Source: Candidatus Omnitrophota bacterium
GTDB lineage: Bacteria > Omnitrophota > Gorgyraeia > 1-14-0-20-64-10
Reading direction: 5' to 3'
Length of the DNA stretch: 64,000 nt
Assembly (NCBI GenBank): GCA_023248155.1
Contig: JAHFFE010000001.1
Span: 20,873-84,872, forward strand
The notes below the pieces were generated by a model. That model was not told the DNA's origin, searched no databases, and was given only the letters and a program-made list of their open reading frames with translations. Below are positions 9,164 through 17,949 of the stretch, piece by piece; positions within the stretch are counted from its first letter, which is position 1; every line of letters begins with the position of its first letter. The position numbers and the translations under genes are program-made.

Positions 9164-9768
9164 TCGCGCCTTGCCGGTTCCATCAATAACAGTTCCAAAT
9201 GGGTCGACGCGTCTTCGATTTCACGTCGGGCTTCCTCGACGCGGGCATTCAGATAGTTAAACGGAATCAACGCGATAATTGCGATCGTCAAACCGAACGC
9301 CGTAGCGATCAGCGCTTCGGCGATGCCGCCGGTAATCGCGTCTGGAGCATCCAACTCCTGCGCTCCCAAAAGACCGAATGAACGGATCAATCCGGATACC
9401 GTGCCCAACAACCCCAGCAACGGCGCCAGCGTAATAATCGTATCGAGTATCGGCAATCCGCGGCTAAATCGTTGAAGTTCCCGCTCGGCCGCCTGCAGCA
9501 GCGCGCTCGAAAACGATTTGTTCCGGTGCTGCAATCCGTAAACCAGCGTGCGCGCGACGAAATCTTCAGAGTTTTTTCCGGTTTCAATCGCCTTGACCAT
9601 ATCGGCGTTTTCCGTCTGGCTCAGAATCTGGGCCACCACGGACGGATTGCGCGAATCCAGTTCCCGCAAAATAAAGATCACCCTCTCGATCACCACGGCC
9701 AGTGCCACAATCGATGTCAGCAACAAGGGCCACATGATCGGCCCGCCCTTCAGAAAAAAATCCAGCAT
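9160..9768 (-). CDS. exbB: ExbB/MotA/TolQ proton channel
   Basis: GGPIMWPL, APLLGLLGTVSG, GGIAEALIATAFGL. Confidence 0.92.
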   Translation of the reverse strand: MLDFFLKGGPIMWPLLLTSIVALAVVIERVIFILRELDSRNPSVVAQILSQTENADMVKAIETGKNSEDFVARTLVYGLQHRNKSFSSALLQAAERELQRFSRGLPILDTIITLAPLLGLLGTVSGLIRSFGLLGAQELDAPDAITGGIAEALIATAFGLTIAIIALIPFNYLNARVEEARREIEDASTHLELLLMEPARRE

Positions 9769-9836
9769 CGTTCGCTCCCTTTATCTGTTTTTCTTTAACC
9801 GCCGCCAGGCCATCGCGCATCCAGTCCAGATCAACA

Positions 9837-10247
9837 TTATAACCCCGGCCGGCGAAATCGCCGCCGCTTGCGCCTAAAAAACAGGTGCCATGCGATCAGG
9901 AGCGGTGAGCCGAGCCCGAGAATGCTGTGCGCGGCGCTGGTCCACGCACGGAGAGTTTCATTTCCACTGTAATAGAGCCCGTATCCGGTCACAGCCAATC
10001 CGACCGTTACGGCAATAAGCGTATGGCCGCTGGCTAGATTCTTTCCGGCAGCCCTTCCTTTTTTAATATGGGTGGGGATCAAAACTCCAAACACCACCAG
10101 AAAAATCATGGCGGCGGCGCCGTGAATTGCCAGCAGCCATGGGATGGACAACCCGGGGCGATGGAAAATCCACCAAGCTCCTCCGGAGATCCATAGAATC
10201 CATCCGGTGTTATAAAACCAGATTTTCTGTCCCGGCGTGAGTTTCAT
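9837..10247 (-). CDS. Four-TM membrane protein with four His (putative cytochrome b)
   Basis: LAIHG, PTHI, AAHS and AWHL in or next to TM helices; follows apbE. Confidence 0.7.
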   Translation of the reverse strand: MKLTPGQKIWFYNTGWILWISGGAWWIFHRPGLSIPWLLAIHGAAAMIFLVVFGVLIPTHIKKGRAAGKNLASGHTLIAVTVGLAVTGYGLYYSGNETLRAWTSAAHSILGLGSPLLIAWHLFFRRKRRRFRRPGL

Positions 10248-11119
10248 AAACGATTCAGCGACAGTACGCCGCCGCTCTGGCTAAGAACAACTGCCGACGC
10301 CTGAAATTGTCGGAGAACCGGCTGAGGGAAGTCCGGATCAAGAATCACGGCTTTAGTCAGCGCGTCGGCAATAAGGCAGTCAGGTGCAAAAAGAGAAACG
10401 CTTCGACGGCCGATCATCGGTTTGCCGGAGGCGGGATGGATCAATGGGGAAACCCGGCGTTTTCGGAATTGCTTGGCGGAAAAATAAGGTGCCGAGGTGG
10501 CGACAGCTGTTTCACGAAATCGTCCGACACACATAAACTTGTGGGGGGCTCCGGGAAGTCGTATTTGCAGCGGATATTCGCGATTACCGAAAAATCTTAG
10601 GTCACCGCCGGCATTCACGCAACCATACGGCACCCCGTCATTCTTAAGACTTTTTACCATCTGATCGACGGAAAAGCCTTTCGCCACTCCTCCCAAATCG
10701 ATGCAAATGGGACGACGGAATCTCACCCGCCGATCGGGTTGCAGCTCGATATCCCCTGAATCGCCTCCATAATTTCCGGCAGCGGAGAGATGGCGCGGCA
10801 GGTAGCCCCACTCCATGAGCGTGGGCGCCACCGTGCAGTCAAACAATCCTCCCGTCGCCGACCATATTCTCTTGGCCATTTTCAAAACCTGATAGGTATA
10901 GGCGTGAACCTGAACGGGGGCTCTCCGCGCCTCACGGTTCAGAGAGTTCGTCTCACTATCGGCATCATGAAAGCTCATGAGCCGCTGAATCAACGCTCCT
11001 GTATCAAACGCCCGGCTCACCGCTTGCAGCAAACGCTCCCGACGGATCCCGCCGACCGAGATTTCGACAAATGTCCCCAACTGGGGTTTCATCCGCCTTA
11101 ATTCAATCACCGGATTCAT
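10244..11119 (-). CDS. apbE: FAD:protein FMN transferase ApbE
   Basis: LGTFVEI, IDLGGVAKGFSVD, NAGGDL, AVATS, ADALTKA. Confidence 0.92.
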   Translation of the reverse strand: MNPVIELRRMKPQLGTFVEISVGGIRRERLLQAVSRAFDTGALIQRLMSFHDADSETNSLNREARRAPVQVHAYTYQVLKMAKRIWSATGGLFDCTVAPTLMEWGYLPRHLSAAGNYGGDSGDIELQPDRRVRFRRPICIDLGGVAKGFSVDQMVKSLKNDGVPYGCVNAGGDLRFFGNREYPLQIRLPGAPHKFMCVGRFRETAVATSAPYFSAKQFRKRRVSPLIHPASGKPMIGRRSVSLFAPDCLIADALTKAVILDPDFPQPVLRQFQASAVVLSQSGGVLSLNRL

Positions 11120-11657
11120 GCGCCAAGATAATTTGATGTAAGGCCAGAAGCCGCTTCACCCCATCCGTAATATTACGGCACGAAAGCGTTGCCCCCGAAA
11201 TGTTTGGAATGTCCACCTCCAGCTTGAACGGGTCGCTGAGCGATTTCCCTTTAAAATGGCCTCTCCACTCGGCGTCCCGAACTTCTCCTCCGTGGGTTTC
11301 GCGATAACTCAAAATTTCAACGCCGATCACTTTTCCGTCGGCGGATAAGGCGGCGGCATAAGTAATAAATTCGTGCTTGCCGATCACCTCATCCACGATG
11401 AACCACCCCAAGAAACCACCCGCCTTCTCGACCCGCCAGACCCGCTGCTGGTCCCAGCGCTGGCTCATTCCCGAGATCGATTTGATTTGCTTCTTTTGGG
11501 AGGCCGTCAAAAGAACGGTGTGTTCTTTGAAAGTTCCCGCGTCGGGAAACAGCAGCTCTTGCGCCTGCGGAATGGATAGGTAATCCGCCGCGTAAACCGG
11601 GGCCACAATGGCCGCCGGCGACAACAGCGCTATCCGGACCCAGCTGCGCTTGTTCAC
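11103..11657 (-). CDS. Secreted FMN-binding (flavinylated) protein
   Basis: Signal peptide; VIGKHEFITY, YRETHGGEV; flavinylation motif ISGATLS. Confidence 0.9.
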   Translation of the reverse strand: MNKRSWVRIALLSPAAIVAPVYAADYLSIPQAQELLFPDAGTFKEHTVLLTASQKKQIKSISGMSQRWDQQRVWRVEKAGGFLGWFIVDEVIGKHEFITYAAALSADGKVIGVEILSYRETHGGEVRDAEWRGHFKGKSLSDPFKLEVDIPNISGATLSCRNITDGVKRLLALHQIILAHESGD

Positions 11658-11659
11658 GA

Positions 11660-12562
11660 CTAAAAGTTAAAGCCGACTTTCAAGCGGACTTCTTGCTTGG
11701 TCTTTTCAATGAGGTGCAGATTGGAAATCGACTGATCCGCATATTCCTCGCCGCCTCCCGCGACCTGAGGGAACCAGGTCAGAGTCGCCCACCATTTCGA
11801 CCCGCCGTAATGGAGTGACGGCCCGGCAAACAAGCTCCATCGCTCCTGCCCCACCTCGGTCTCGAATTCCGTTTCATACAGCGTTTCCGCGCCGATAAAC
11901 CAGTTGGGGGCAAAGCGATAACTCAGTCCAGTCCCCAATTTAAATTCGAGTTCTACTTCAGGGTTTGTCGTCCATTCAAAATCCGTGGGCAGATCGTCAA
12001 TCTCACCCCGGACGGCATAAGTCCCCTCGGTGGCCGCATTCCAAACCCAAATCAGCTGCCCTTCCATAAAATATTTCTGAAGCTGGAGCCCCGTTTCGAG
12101 GGAAGCGGTATCTTTTTTTCGGCCCGAATGAGGATCCAGCCAGGCGTAGTCCAATCCAAGAGTGCCGGACAAACCGATATTGTCTTTTGCCGGGGCCAGG
12201 AAATTGTACTTCAGCGCCGCTTCCATCCCGGAAAGTTTAGGCCCATACTCCTTGTCACCAGGCAAATATCCGTCGATGACCAGCCCTTTGGTGTCAATGC
12301 TCTGAAAATTCAAGCCGCCGGTTGCCGATAAACGATGGGTGACGCCGTATTCCGCTTCGGCTTCCAGATTCCAAGCCGTGTAATCACCCCTGCCTTTGCC
12401 CGACCTGAGCGTGGTCACCTCATAGAGTTCCCATGCCCCTTTCGGCAGCGTTTCGGATCCCTTCACATAACCAAACAGGTTTTCGTCGGCAAATGCCGAT
12501 GATGCGAAAACTGCCACGCCCAGACACAACGCGAACCATTTCAAAAACTTCGTTAACTTCAT
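11660..12562 (-). CDS. Outer-membrane beta-barrel protein (DUF6662-like)
   Basis: Signal peptide AFA; ENLFGYVKGSETLPKG.WE; alternating beta strands; C-terminal GFNF. Confidence 0.8.
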   Translation of the reverse strand: MKLTKFLKWFALCLGVAVFASSAFADENLFGYVKGSETLPKGAWELYEVTTLRSGKGRGDYTAWNLEAEAEYGVTHRLSATGGLNFQSIDTKGLVIDGYLPGDKEYGPKLSGMEAALKYNFLAPAKDNIGLSGTLGLDYAWLDPHSGRKKDTASLETGLQLQKYFMEGQLIWVWNAATEGTYAVRGEIDDLPTDFEWTTNPEVELEFKLGTGLSYRFAPNWFIGAETLYETEFETEVGQERWSLFAGPSLHYGGSKWWATLTWFPQVAGGGEEYADQSISNLHLIEKTKQEVRLKVGFNF

Positions 12563-12563
12563 T

Positions 12564-12815
12564 CTAGGGATCTCCTTGTCTTTTTGTTTTCAGCGTGGGG
12601 GCGCTGGACGCAGAGGTCTCCGCCTTTCTATTCTTATAATTGTCGATTTGAATCACCACGACGCGCTTGCAGCGCGAGCACTTCAACTCCAGCGCGAACT
12701 CCGGCAGAAGCTTTGCCAACAAGCGGCCGCAGCCACAGCGCAGTTCAGAGCCGCACAAACTTACTTCGATTGATCCGCTCACGCTCGGCTGCCGGAAGCT
12801 GCCTGAACCATCCAT
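12564..12815 (-). CDS. Com-family (Mu-like) zinc-finger protein
   Basis: ELRCGCGRLLAK...LELKCSRCKR. Confidence 0.72.
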   Translation of the reverse strand: MDGSGSFRQPSVSGSIEVSLCGSELRCGCGRLLAKLLPEFALELKCSRCKRVVVIQIDNYKNRKAETSASSAPTLKTKRQGDP

Positions 12816-12997
12816 CCGCCTATGCCCGGACGCAGCACGATCAATCCTTCCTTATATAAACATCCGAGCGCCATCAGAAGCAGATCGCGTGAACAGGAAC
12901 GCGAATCCGCAAGCGCTTCAGCCGGCAGCTTCCCTCCGCCGCGTTCCAAAGCCAGTAAAATTTCTCCGGATAAAATGCTCACTTCCGTGATGCTCAT
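12779..12997 (-). CDS. Small winged-helix-like protein
   Basis: GEILLALE...LLLMALGCLYKEGLI; GAGG RBS; first gene after the Fur-like box. Confidence 0.65.
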   Translation of the reverse strand: MSITEVSILSGEILLALERGGGKLPAEALADSRSCSRDLLLMALGCLYKEGLIVLRPGIGGWMVQAASGSRA

Positions 12998-13065
12998 TGG
13001 ATTCGCCTCAAAAAATGGTCGGCACGCGACGCAGGGTTATTCGGGGTCTCGCCATTCGGTATGAT

Positions 13066-13084
13066 ATTGAGACTTAATCTCAAT
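13066..13084. promoter_or_regulatory. Fur-box-like 19-bp inverted repeat
   Basis: ATTGAGA-CTTAA-TCTCAAT, a perfect 7-5-7 palindrome in the promoter region of the apbE/tonB operon. Confidence 0.75.
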
Positions 13085-13140
13085 TAGAGCACCGAAAGGC
13101 GCCTCTGTCAAGATTATTTTTTAAGCGGGACTTTCTCTAT

Positions 13141-13308
13141 TTAATCAGCATTAAGAACCGGCCCCTTGTGATGGGCGCAGGTGCAGCCGGTATCTTCGGC
13201 GCAGCCACGGCAGCAATAATTATCTCCGTCGTCCATGTAACCTTTGCCGCCGTCCTCCCAGCTCTTGTCTTGCTGCATTCCGCAATTCGGACAACTTAAC
13301 TTTGGCAT
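13141..13308 (-). CDS. Metallothionein-like protein 1 (55 aa, not in the ORF track)
   Basis: MPKLSCPNCGMQQDKSWEDGGKGYMDDGDNYCCRGCAEDTGCTCAHHKGPVLNAD; starts 2 nt after the hydrolase stop. Confidence 0.82.
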   Translation of the reverse strand: MPKLSCPNCGMQQDKSWEDGGKGYMDDGDNYCCRGCAEDTGCTCAHHKGPVLNAD

Positions 13309-13310
13309 CG

Positions 13311-13742
13311 TCAGACCCTCCTCTTTCTGAAGAACGTGTGGCTTCCTATTTTGACGGTCACTTCCATCTCTTTGGCCCAGCGAGGGAGGCCGAATTGTTC
13401 CACGTTTTCAAAGTGGGTGGCATTGCGCGTCAGATTAGATCCCTCCCGCGCTTTCTGGAGCGCCCGCCTTGCCTGCTGACGGGTCCAGTCCGGCTGTGCC
13501 AGCAAAAACTGATCGAGGTCCTTCCGCTGAATCCCTGAAAATCCGCGCACGCTCCATTCGCGGTTGCGCAGGACCTCCGCCACTCCGACCTTGCCTTCAT
13601 ACGGCTCTCCGGCCGCTTCTGAAATAATGACGGCCTCCAGAGTACTCTCCCGCCGCTGATCCACATGGGCCATCGCACTCCGTGCGATCAGGAGACTGCT
13701 CACCAAGAAACCGATCCCATAGAATACGGTGTTCTGTTTCAT
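13311..13742 (-). CDS. Cell wall hydrolase (SleB/Hydrolase_2 family)
   Basis: IISEAAGEPYEGKVGVAEVLRNR...NATHF...W......VKIGSHTF. Confidence 0.88.
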   Translation of the reverse strand: MKQNTVFYGIGFLVSSLLIARSAMAHVDQRRESTLEAVIISEAAGEPYEGKVGVAEVLRNREWSVRGFSGIQRKDLDQFLLAQPDWTRQQARRALQKAREGSNLTRNATHFENVEQFGLPRWAKEMEVTVKIGSHTFFRKRRV

Positions 13743-13787
13743 GGCTGTTCACGGCTTTCGCCGCTCGTAGGGCGGAATAGGTCCTCA

Positions 13788-14156
13788 TCAAATTCGCGGC
13801 ATCTCGACGCCGACGAAGATGGACCGCGCGATGAACCTTCCGCCGATGACCTGGTACTGAACTTTCACTTCTTTCCCGACTGACAATTCTTCCGGTTTCA
13901 ATCGGAGGCCATCCGAAGAAATAATGGACGTCTCCTTATCAAATAAGAAACTGATTCTTCCGGCGCTGTTATTCTCGGTGTCGCCGGAAGCCGGGTAACG
14001 CATCGGCGGTTTTTGCACCGTCAATGTTCCGTGGGTCCGGTCAACCAGAGAAACTTTCCCGGTGGCGACCTGCTGCTGAGAGTCCGCCAGCGGCAGCGCA
14101 TAAGCACTGCCAACGCTTAACAAAAAAATAAGCGCGCCCGCAATCAATCTTTTCAT
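13788..14156 (-). CDS. Secreted OB-fold-like protein (DUF5666-like)
   Basis: Signal peptide AYA; GKV..VD....TLTV ... L.VG.EVKV.Y......F.A.SI; GAGGTGG RBS. Confidence 0.75.
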   Translation of the reverse strand: MKRLIAGALIFLLSVGSAYALPLADSQQQVATGKVSLVDRTHGTLTVQKPPMRYPASGDTENNSAGRISFLFDKETSIISSDGLRLKPEELSVGKEVKVQYQVIGGRFIARSIFVGVEMPRI

Positions 14157-14185
14157 GGTTCCACCTCTTTTTTTTAAGCTCTTCT

Positions 14186-14608
14186 TTAAGGCAGCCCCGG
14201 ACTCTTCCAATCGTTCATGGCGGGGGCAAATCGGGCTGCGGGCATCTGAATTGAGACCGATGTCGCCACCCGTTTATCGCCATGAACTTTATAGTGCACC
14301 TTGACGCGCTGGCCGCGCACCAGCTCCTGAAGCGAGGCGACCTGTCCCTCGAGTAAAACAACGGTCTCCGCGGAATCCAGCACCACATCGACAACGGCAC
14401 TTTCCCCCGTATTCAGACGCAGCGTCAGGGAGGAATGATCCGGCTGCAGAGATTCAATGGTGCCCTCGGCGCTCCCTGAATAATAGGCGGTTGATAAACT
14501 GTTGTTGTTGCAAGAAGCTAACTCCAGCGTATTCACAACAACGATCCCCGCCATGATCACCACAGGTATCCATAGAAGCCTTTTTGTCTCGCTTTTTATC
14601 GGTCTCAT
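14186..14608 (-). CDS. Membrane-anchored OB-fold-like protein, paralogue of the neighbour
   Basis: GTIESL......LTL ... L.RGQRVKV.Y....D..VA.SV; GGAGG RBS. Confidence 0.75.
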   Translation of the reverse strand: MRPIKSETKRLLWIPVVIMAGIVVVNTLELASCNNNSLSTAYYSGSAEGTIESLQPDHSSLTLRLNTGESAVVDVVLDSAETVVLLEGQVASLQELVRGQRVKVHYKVHGDKRVATSVSIQMPAARFAPAMNDWKSPGLP

Positions 14609-14649
14609 CGGAGTACCTCCTTCCAATACTTTTCTCGCTATCCAATAGG

Positions 14650-14693
14650 AGATTACCGCATGAAGATAAAGCGAGGGTGAACTTTGCGTTACA
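14650..14693 (-). promoter_or_regulatory. Triple half-site promoter A
   Basis: TGTAAC-N5-GTTCAC-N5-CTTTAT-N10-TAATCT. Confidence 0.65.
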
Positions 14694-14719
14694 ACTTATT
14701 TATCTGAGACCGGTTCTAA

Positions 14720-16228
14720 TCAGCCGACAGGCGGCGGAACAGAGGGAAACCGGACGGTAAAAATGGCGCCCTGCCCGGGAGGACTTGCGGCGGAAATCTG
14801 TCCACTGTGTACTTCGACAATCCAACGGCACAAACCAAGACCCAAGCCTGTGGATGGCATTTCGCTTTTTGAAGATTTTTTTCTGAAAAATCGATCAAAA
14901 ATATGCGGGAGTTCTTCGGAAGAAATTCCATTGCCCGTGTCGCGCACTATAAGGCAGGCTTCTTTTTCCTGCAAACCCACCGTGAGTGTAATGACCCCGT
15001 GGGCAGGCGTATGCTTGATCGCATTATCCAGAAAATTGACTATCAGCCGTTCCAGCAAAAGGCGTTCGGCCTGGATCCAAACCGTTTGACGGTTTTGAAT
15101 TTCGATCTGCACTAATTTTTTGCTGGCGATTTCCTGCCAGACAGTGCTGATTTTTCTTACCATGGCGTTTAAATTCACCAGCTCCCATTTCAGCGCCGTT
15201 TCAACCGCTTCGTTGTGCGCCAGCATCAACAACTCTTCAATGATGGCCGACATGGCTTCGGCTTTCTGCAGATGCATTTGCAGGACCCGCTGATACTCCT
15301 CGGGAGTCCGGGGCCTTCGCAGCGCTACTTCCAATTAGCCGCGAATCACCGTCAGCGGCGTGCGCAATTCGTGGGAAGCCGCGGCGCTGAATTGACGCAG
15401 CCGCCGGAAATCATTTTGGAGCCGCGCCAGCATATCATTGAGCGTCAACGACAGATCTTTTAATTCATCGGATGTTTCCGGAACGAAAATCCGTTCTTCG
15501 AGGCGCTGAGAGCTGATCCGTTTCGCCTGGGCAATCATAACGCCTACCGGTTCCAGCGCGGTAGCCGCCAGAAACAAACCGGCAGACCGGGCCGCGATCA
15601 GAATGGCTGGGATCAGCACCACCAATGAAAAAAGAAGCCGGTCGGCCAGAGAACCGGCCTGCTTCATAGAAACCGCCACCTGAACTAAATAGAGTATTCG
15701 GTCATTTTCAATCACGGGCCGCGTCACGACCCGGATTCGCTGGTCTTTTCTTTTAAAAGTTTCGTAGACTGTGTTTTTCTTCAGGCCTTCTGTTATAGCG
15801 TAGGGCGTCAATGGCAGATCCATCTGCCGAAAATTTTGCGAGGCGGTTAACAGGTGCCCGGCGCCATCCACCACCCGGAACCGCCGTTCTGCCGTTAAGG
15901 TGTCGGTTTGCCGGGCCCAGCGGCGCAATAACCCCGGAAGCTCCCCCTTTCCAACGCCCCCCGGAATGGCCACGGCCGGGGCATACTCCCAATTGCCTCG
16001 GGTTGCGTGGGTTGTTGATTGTTCCGCTTCACGGAAAGCAAAAATGGTGCCGGCGATATAGTCGGCCCTTAACACGAGCGTCTTATCGATATCCCGTGTA
16101 AGCCCCGTCACGACGGTCAGATAGAGAGCTCCGCCAAACAAAATCAGGATGGCCGCGAGGATCCGGATATACCAGAGCGTTAACACTTCCCGGATGGATT
16201 GCGGACCGGCTCTATTATTGATCATCAA
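14720..16228 (-). pseudogene. CusS/CzcS-like sensor histidine kinase interrupted by an in-frame TAA at 15335-15337
   Basis: ASHELRTPLTVIRG*LEVALRR. TM-HAMP-H box lie upstream; NFLDNAIKH, DTGNGI and GLGLGL lie downstream in the same frame. Confidence 0.85.
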
Positions 16229-16260
16229 TCGTTGCCCTTCGGTTTACAGGCAGGCGGGAC

Positions 16261-16941
16261 TCATTTCGTTTCGGGGGTTTTCAGCATATAGCCGCTGTCC
16301 CGAACCGTATGAATCAGTTTTTGATCAAAACCGTCATCCACTTTTTTGCGAAGGCGCGCGATGTGCACATTAATCACATTGGAGAATGTGTCGAAATCGT
16401 GCTCCCACACCTGCTCGGACAGCATGGTTCGCGTGACAACCTGGTTGGCATGGCGCAAAAAATATTCGAGGATGGCGAATTCGCGGCCGGTCAGCTTCAA
16501 TTCGCGCCCGCCGCGCGTAACGCGATGGCGCAGCAGATCCATCTGCAGATCATCGACAGTCAAAACGGTGGAGACGACATCACCCCGCCGGCGGAAGAGC
16601 GCCCTGAGCCGGGCCAGCAGCTCACTGAACTTAAACGGCTTGGTCAGATAATCATCGGCTCCCAAGTTGAGACCGGTGACTTTGTCTTCAAGCCGGTCTT
16701 TCGCGGTAAGAATCAAAACAGGAAGGGTCAGGCGTTTTGCGCGCAGAGTTTTAAGAACTTCAAGACCGCCCACCTTGGGAAGCAGCAGATCCAGAATGAT
16801 TAAATCGTATTTCTCCGTTTCGGCAAGAAAAAGGGCTTTCTCGCCGTCCGGCGCGAGGTCAACCGTGTAATGCTCTTCGCGCAGTCCGCGACGAATAAAA
16901 CTGGAGACCGCCGAATCATCCTCTACCAGAAGAATGCGCAT
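16261..16941 (-). CDS. OmpR/CusR-family response regulator
   Basis: MRILLVEDD, LDLLLP, GADDYLTKPF, NVINVHIARLRKK, IHTVR..GY. Confidence 0.95.
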   Translation of the reverse strand: MRILLVEDDSAVSSFIRRGLREEHYTVDLAPDGEKALFLAETEKYDLIILDLLLPKVGGLEVLKTLRAKRLTLPVLILTAKDRLEDKVTGLNLGADDYLTKPFKFSELLARLRALFRRRGDVVSTVLTVDDLQMDLLRHRVTRGGRELKLTGREFAILEYFLRHANQVVTRTMLSEQVWEHDFDTFSNVINVHIARLRKKVDDGFDQKLIHTVRDSGYMLKTPETK

Positions 16942-16979
16942 AAGAACCTCCTGAGAAATTATAACGCAGATAAATAATC

Positions 16980-17023
16980 TGTAACCTAAAATTCATCCGG
17001 TTTTTATCTGGCCAGGCTAAATT
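16980..17023 (+). promoter_or_regulatory. Triple half-site promoter B
   Basis: TGTAAC-N5-ATTCAT-N5-TTTTAT-N10-TAAATT; shares the upstream CAGATAAATAA with promoter A. Confidence 0.65.
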
Positions 17024-17052
17024 TATTCTAAGAAAAGGAGGCGCGCACAACC

Positions 17053-17292
17053 ATGAGCCATAGAACCCTTTTAAAAAACAGTCTCTCCAGAACCAATGCG
17101 GCGCACGCGGAAGAAATTTCCGTTTTTTACCGTCCCCGGTGCGGCTGTCATTTTTGCGTGTCGATTCGGCACACGGCGGAATCTGACCAGATTCATCGCC
17201 GCTTGGCCGAGGCAGCAGCCTCTGGGGATGAAATTTGGTACAGCCGGATTCTGAAGGAATTCGGAGCACAGCGCTTAAAAGCGGCCTTTTGA
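17053..17292 (+). CDS. Small hypothetical protein with a CxCHxC motif
   Basis: AAGGAGG RBS; fills the gap downstream of promoter B. Confidence 0.6.
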   Translation: MSHRTLLKNSLSRTNAAHAEEISVFYRPRCGCHFCVSIRHTAESDQIHRRLAEAAASGDEIWYSRILKEFGAQRLKAAF

Positions 17293-17294
17293 TT

Positions 17295-17750
17295 TCAACG
17301 CGCCAGCGCAATGGCTTCCACAATTTCGGCTAACTCACGCTCAACGGTACGCTCATCCACCGATCCTTGAATCTGCTTGGCATAAAGAGCAATATCCTTA
17401 AGCGACAAAATACCCACCAATTTCTCATCTTCGGCAACCGGCAGCCGATGGATGGCCGCCAATTCCATCAACTCGACCGCCTCTTCCACGCTCAGGTCAG
17501 GAGAAATCGTTTTCACTTCGCGTGTCATGCAGGCACTCACCGGCACCTGAGCCGCCGGAAGCGGTTCTTGCGACAGGCAGAGCGCCAAATCGCGGTCGGT
17601 GATGACCCCTACAATTTTCCGGGTCTGATGGTTCTCTACCACAGGCACGATCCCGCAATTGTGCTGCCGCATGATCTTGCCGGCAACCGCGCAATTATCT
17701 TTCGGCGTGCAGGCGGCCGGGTCAACCGTCATTAGCTCTCGAACTTTCAT
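17295..17750 (-). CDS. CBS-domain pair protein
   Basis: MKVRELMT, CGIVPVV, VGVITDRDL, LVGILSLKDI; GGGGG RBS. Confidence 0.9.
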   Translation of the reverse strand: MKVRELMTVDPAACTPKDNCAVAGKIMRQHNCGIVPVVENHQTRKIVGVITDRDLALCLSQEPLPAAQVPVSACMTREVKTISPDLSVEEAVELMELAAIHRLPVAEDEKLVGILSLKDIALYAKQIQGSVDERTVERELAEIVEAIALAR

Positions 17751-17781
17751 GGGATATCCCCCTTTGTTGGCGATCATTGAT

Positions 17782-17934
17782 TTATTCCTCGCAGCTGGTG
17801 CAGGAGCAAACACAGCGGGTTCCTTCCGCGCAGCCCTCGCAACAATACAGGTCTTCCCCATCCTGAAACCCTTTCTCCTGCATCCACTGCTCGCAGGTTT
17901 TTCCGCACCCGCAACAAACCCTTTGTTCGCTCAT
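17782..17934 (-). CDS. Metallothionein-like protein 2 (50 aa, 11 Cys, not in the ORF track)
   Basis: AAGGAGG RBS; MSEQRVCCGCGKTCEQWMQEKGFQDGEDLYCCEGCAEGTRCVCSCTSCEE. Confidence 0.85.
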   Translation of the reverse strand: MSEQRVCCGCGKTCEQWMQEKGFQDGEDLYCCEGCAEGTRCVCSCTSCEE

Positions 17935-17949
17935 GGACGGTTTCCTCCT

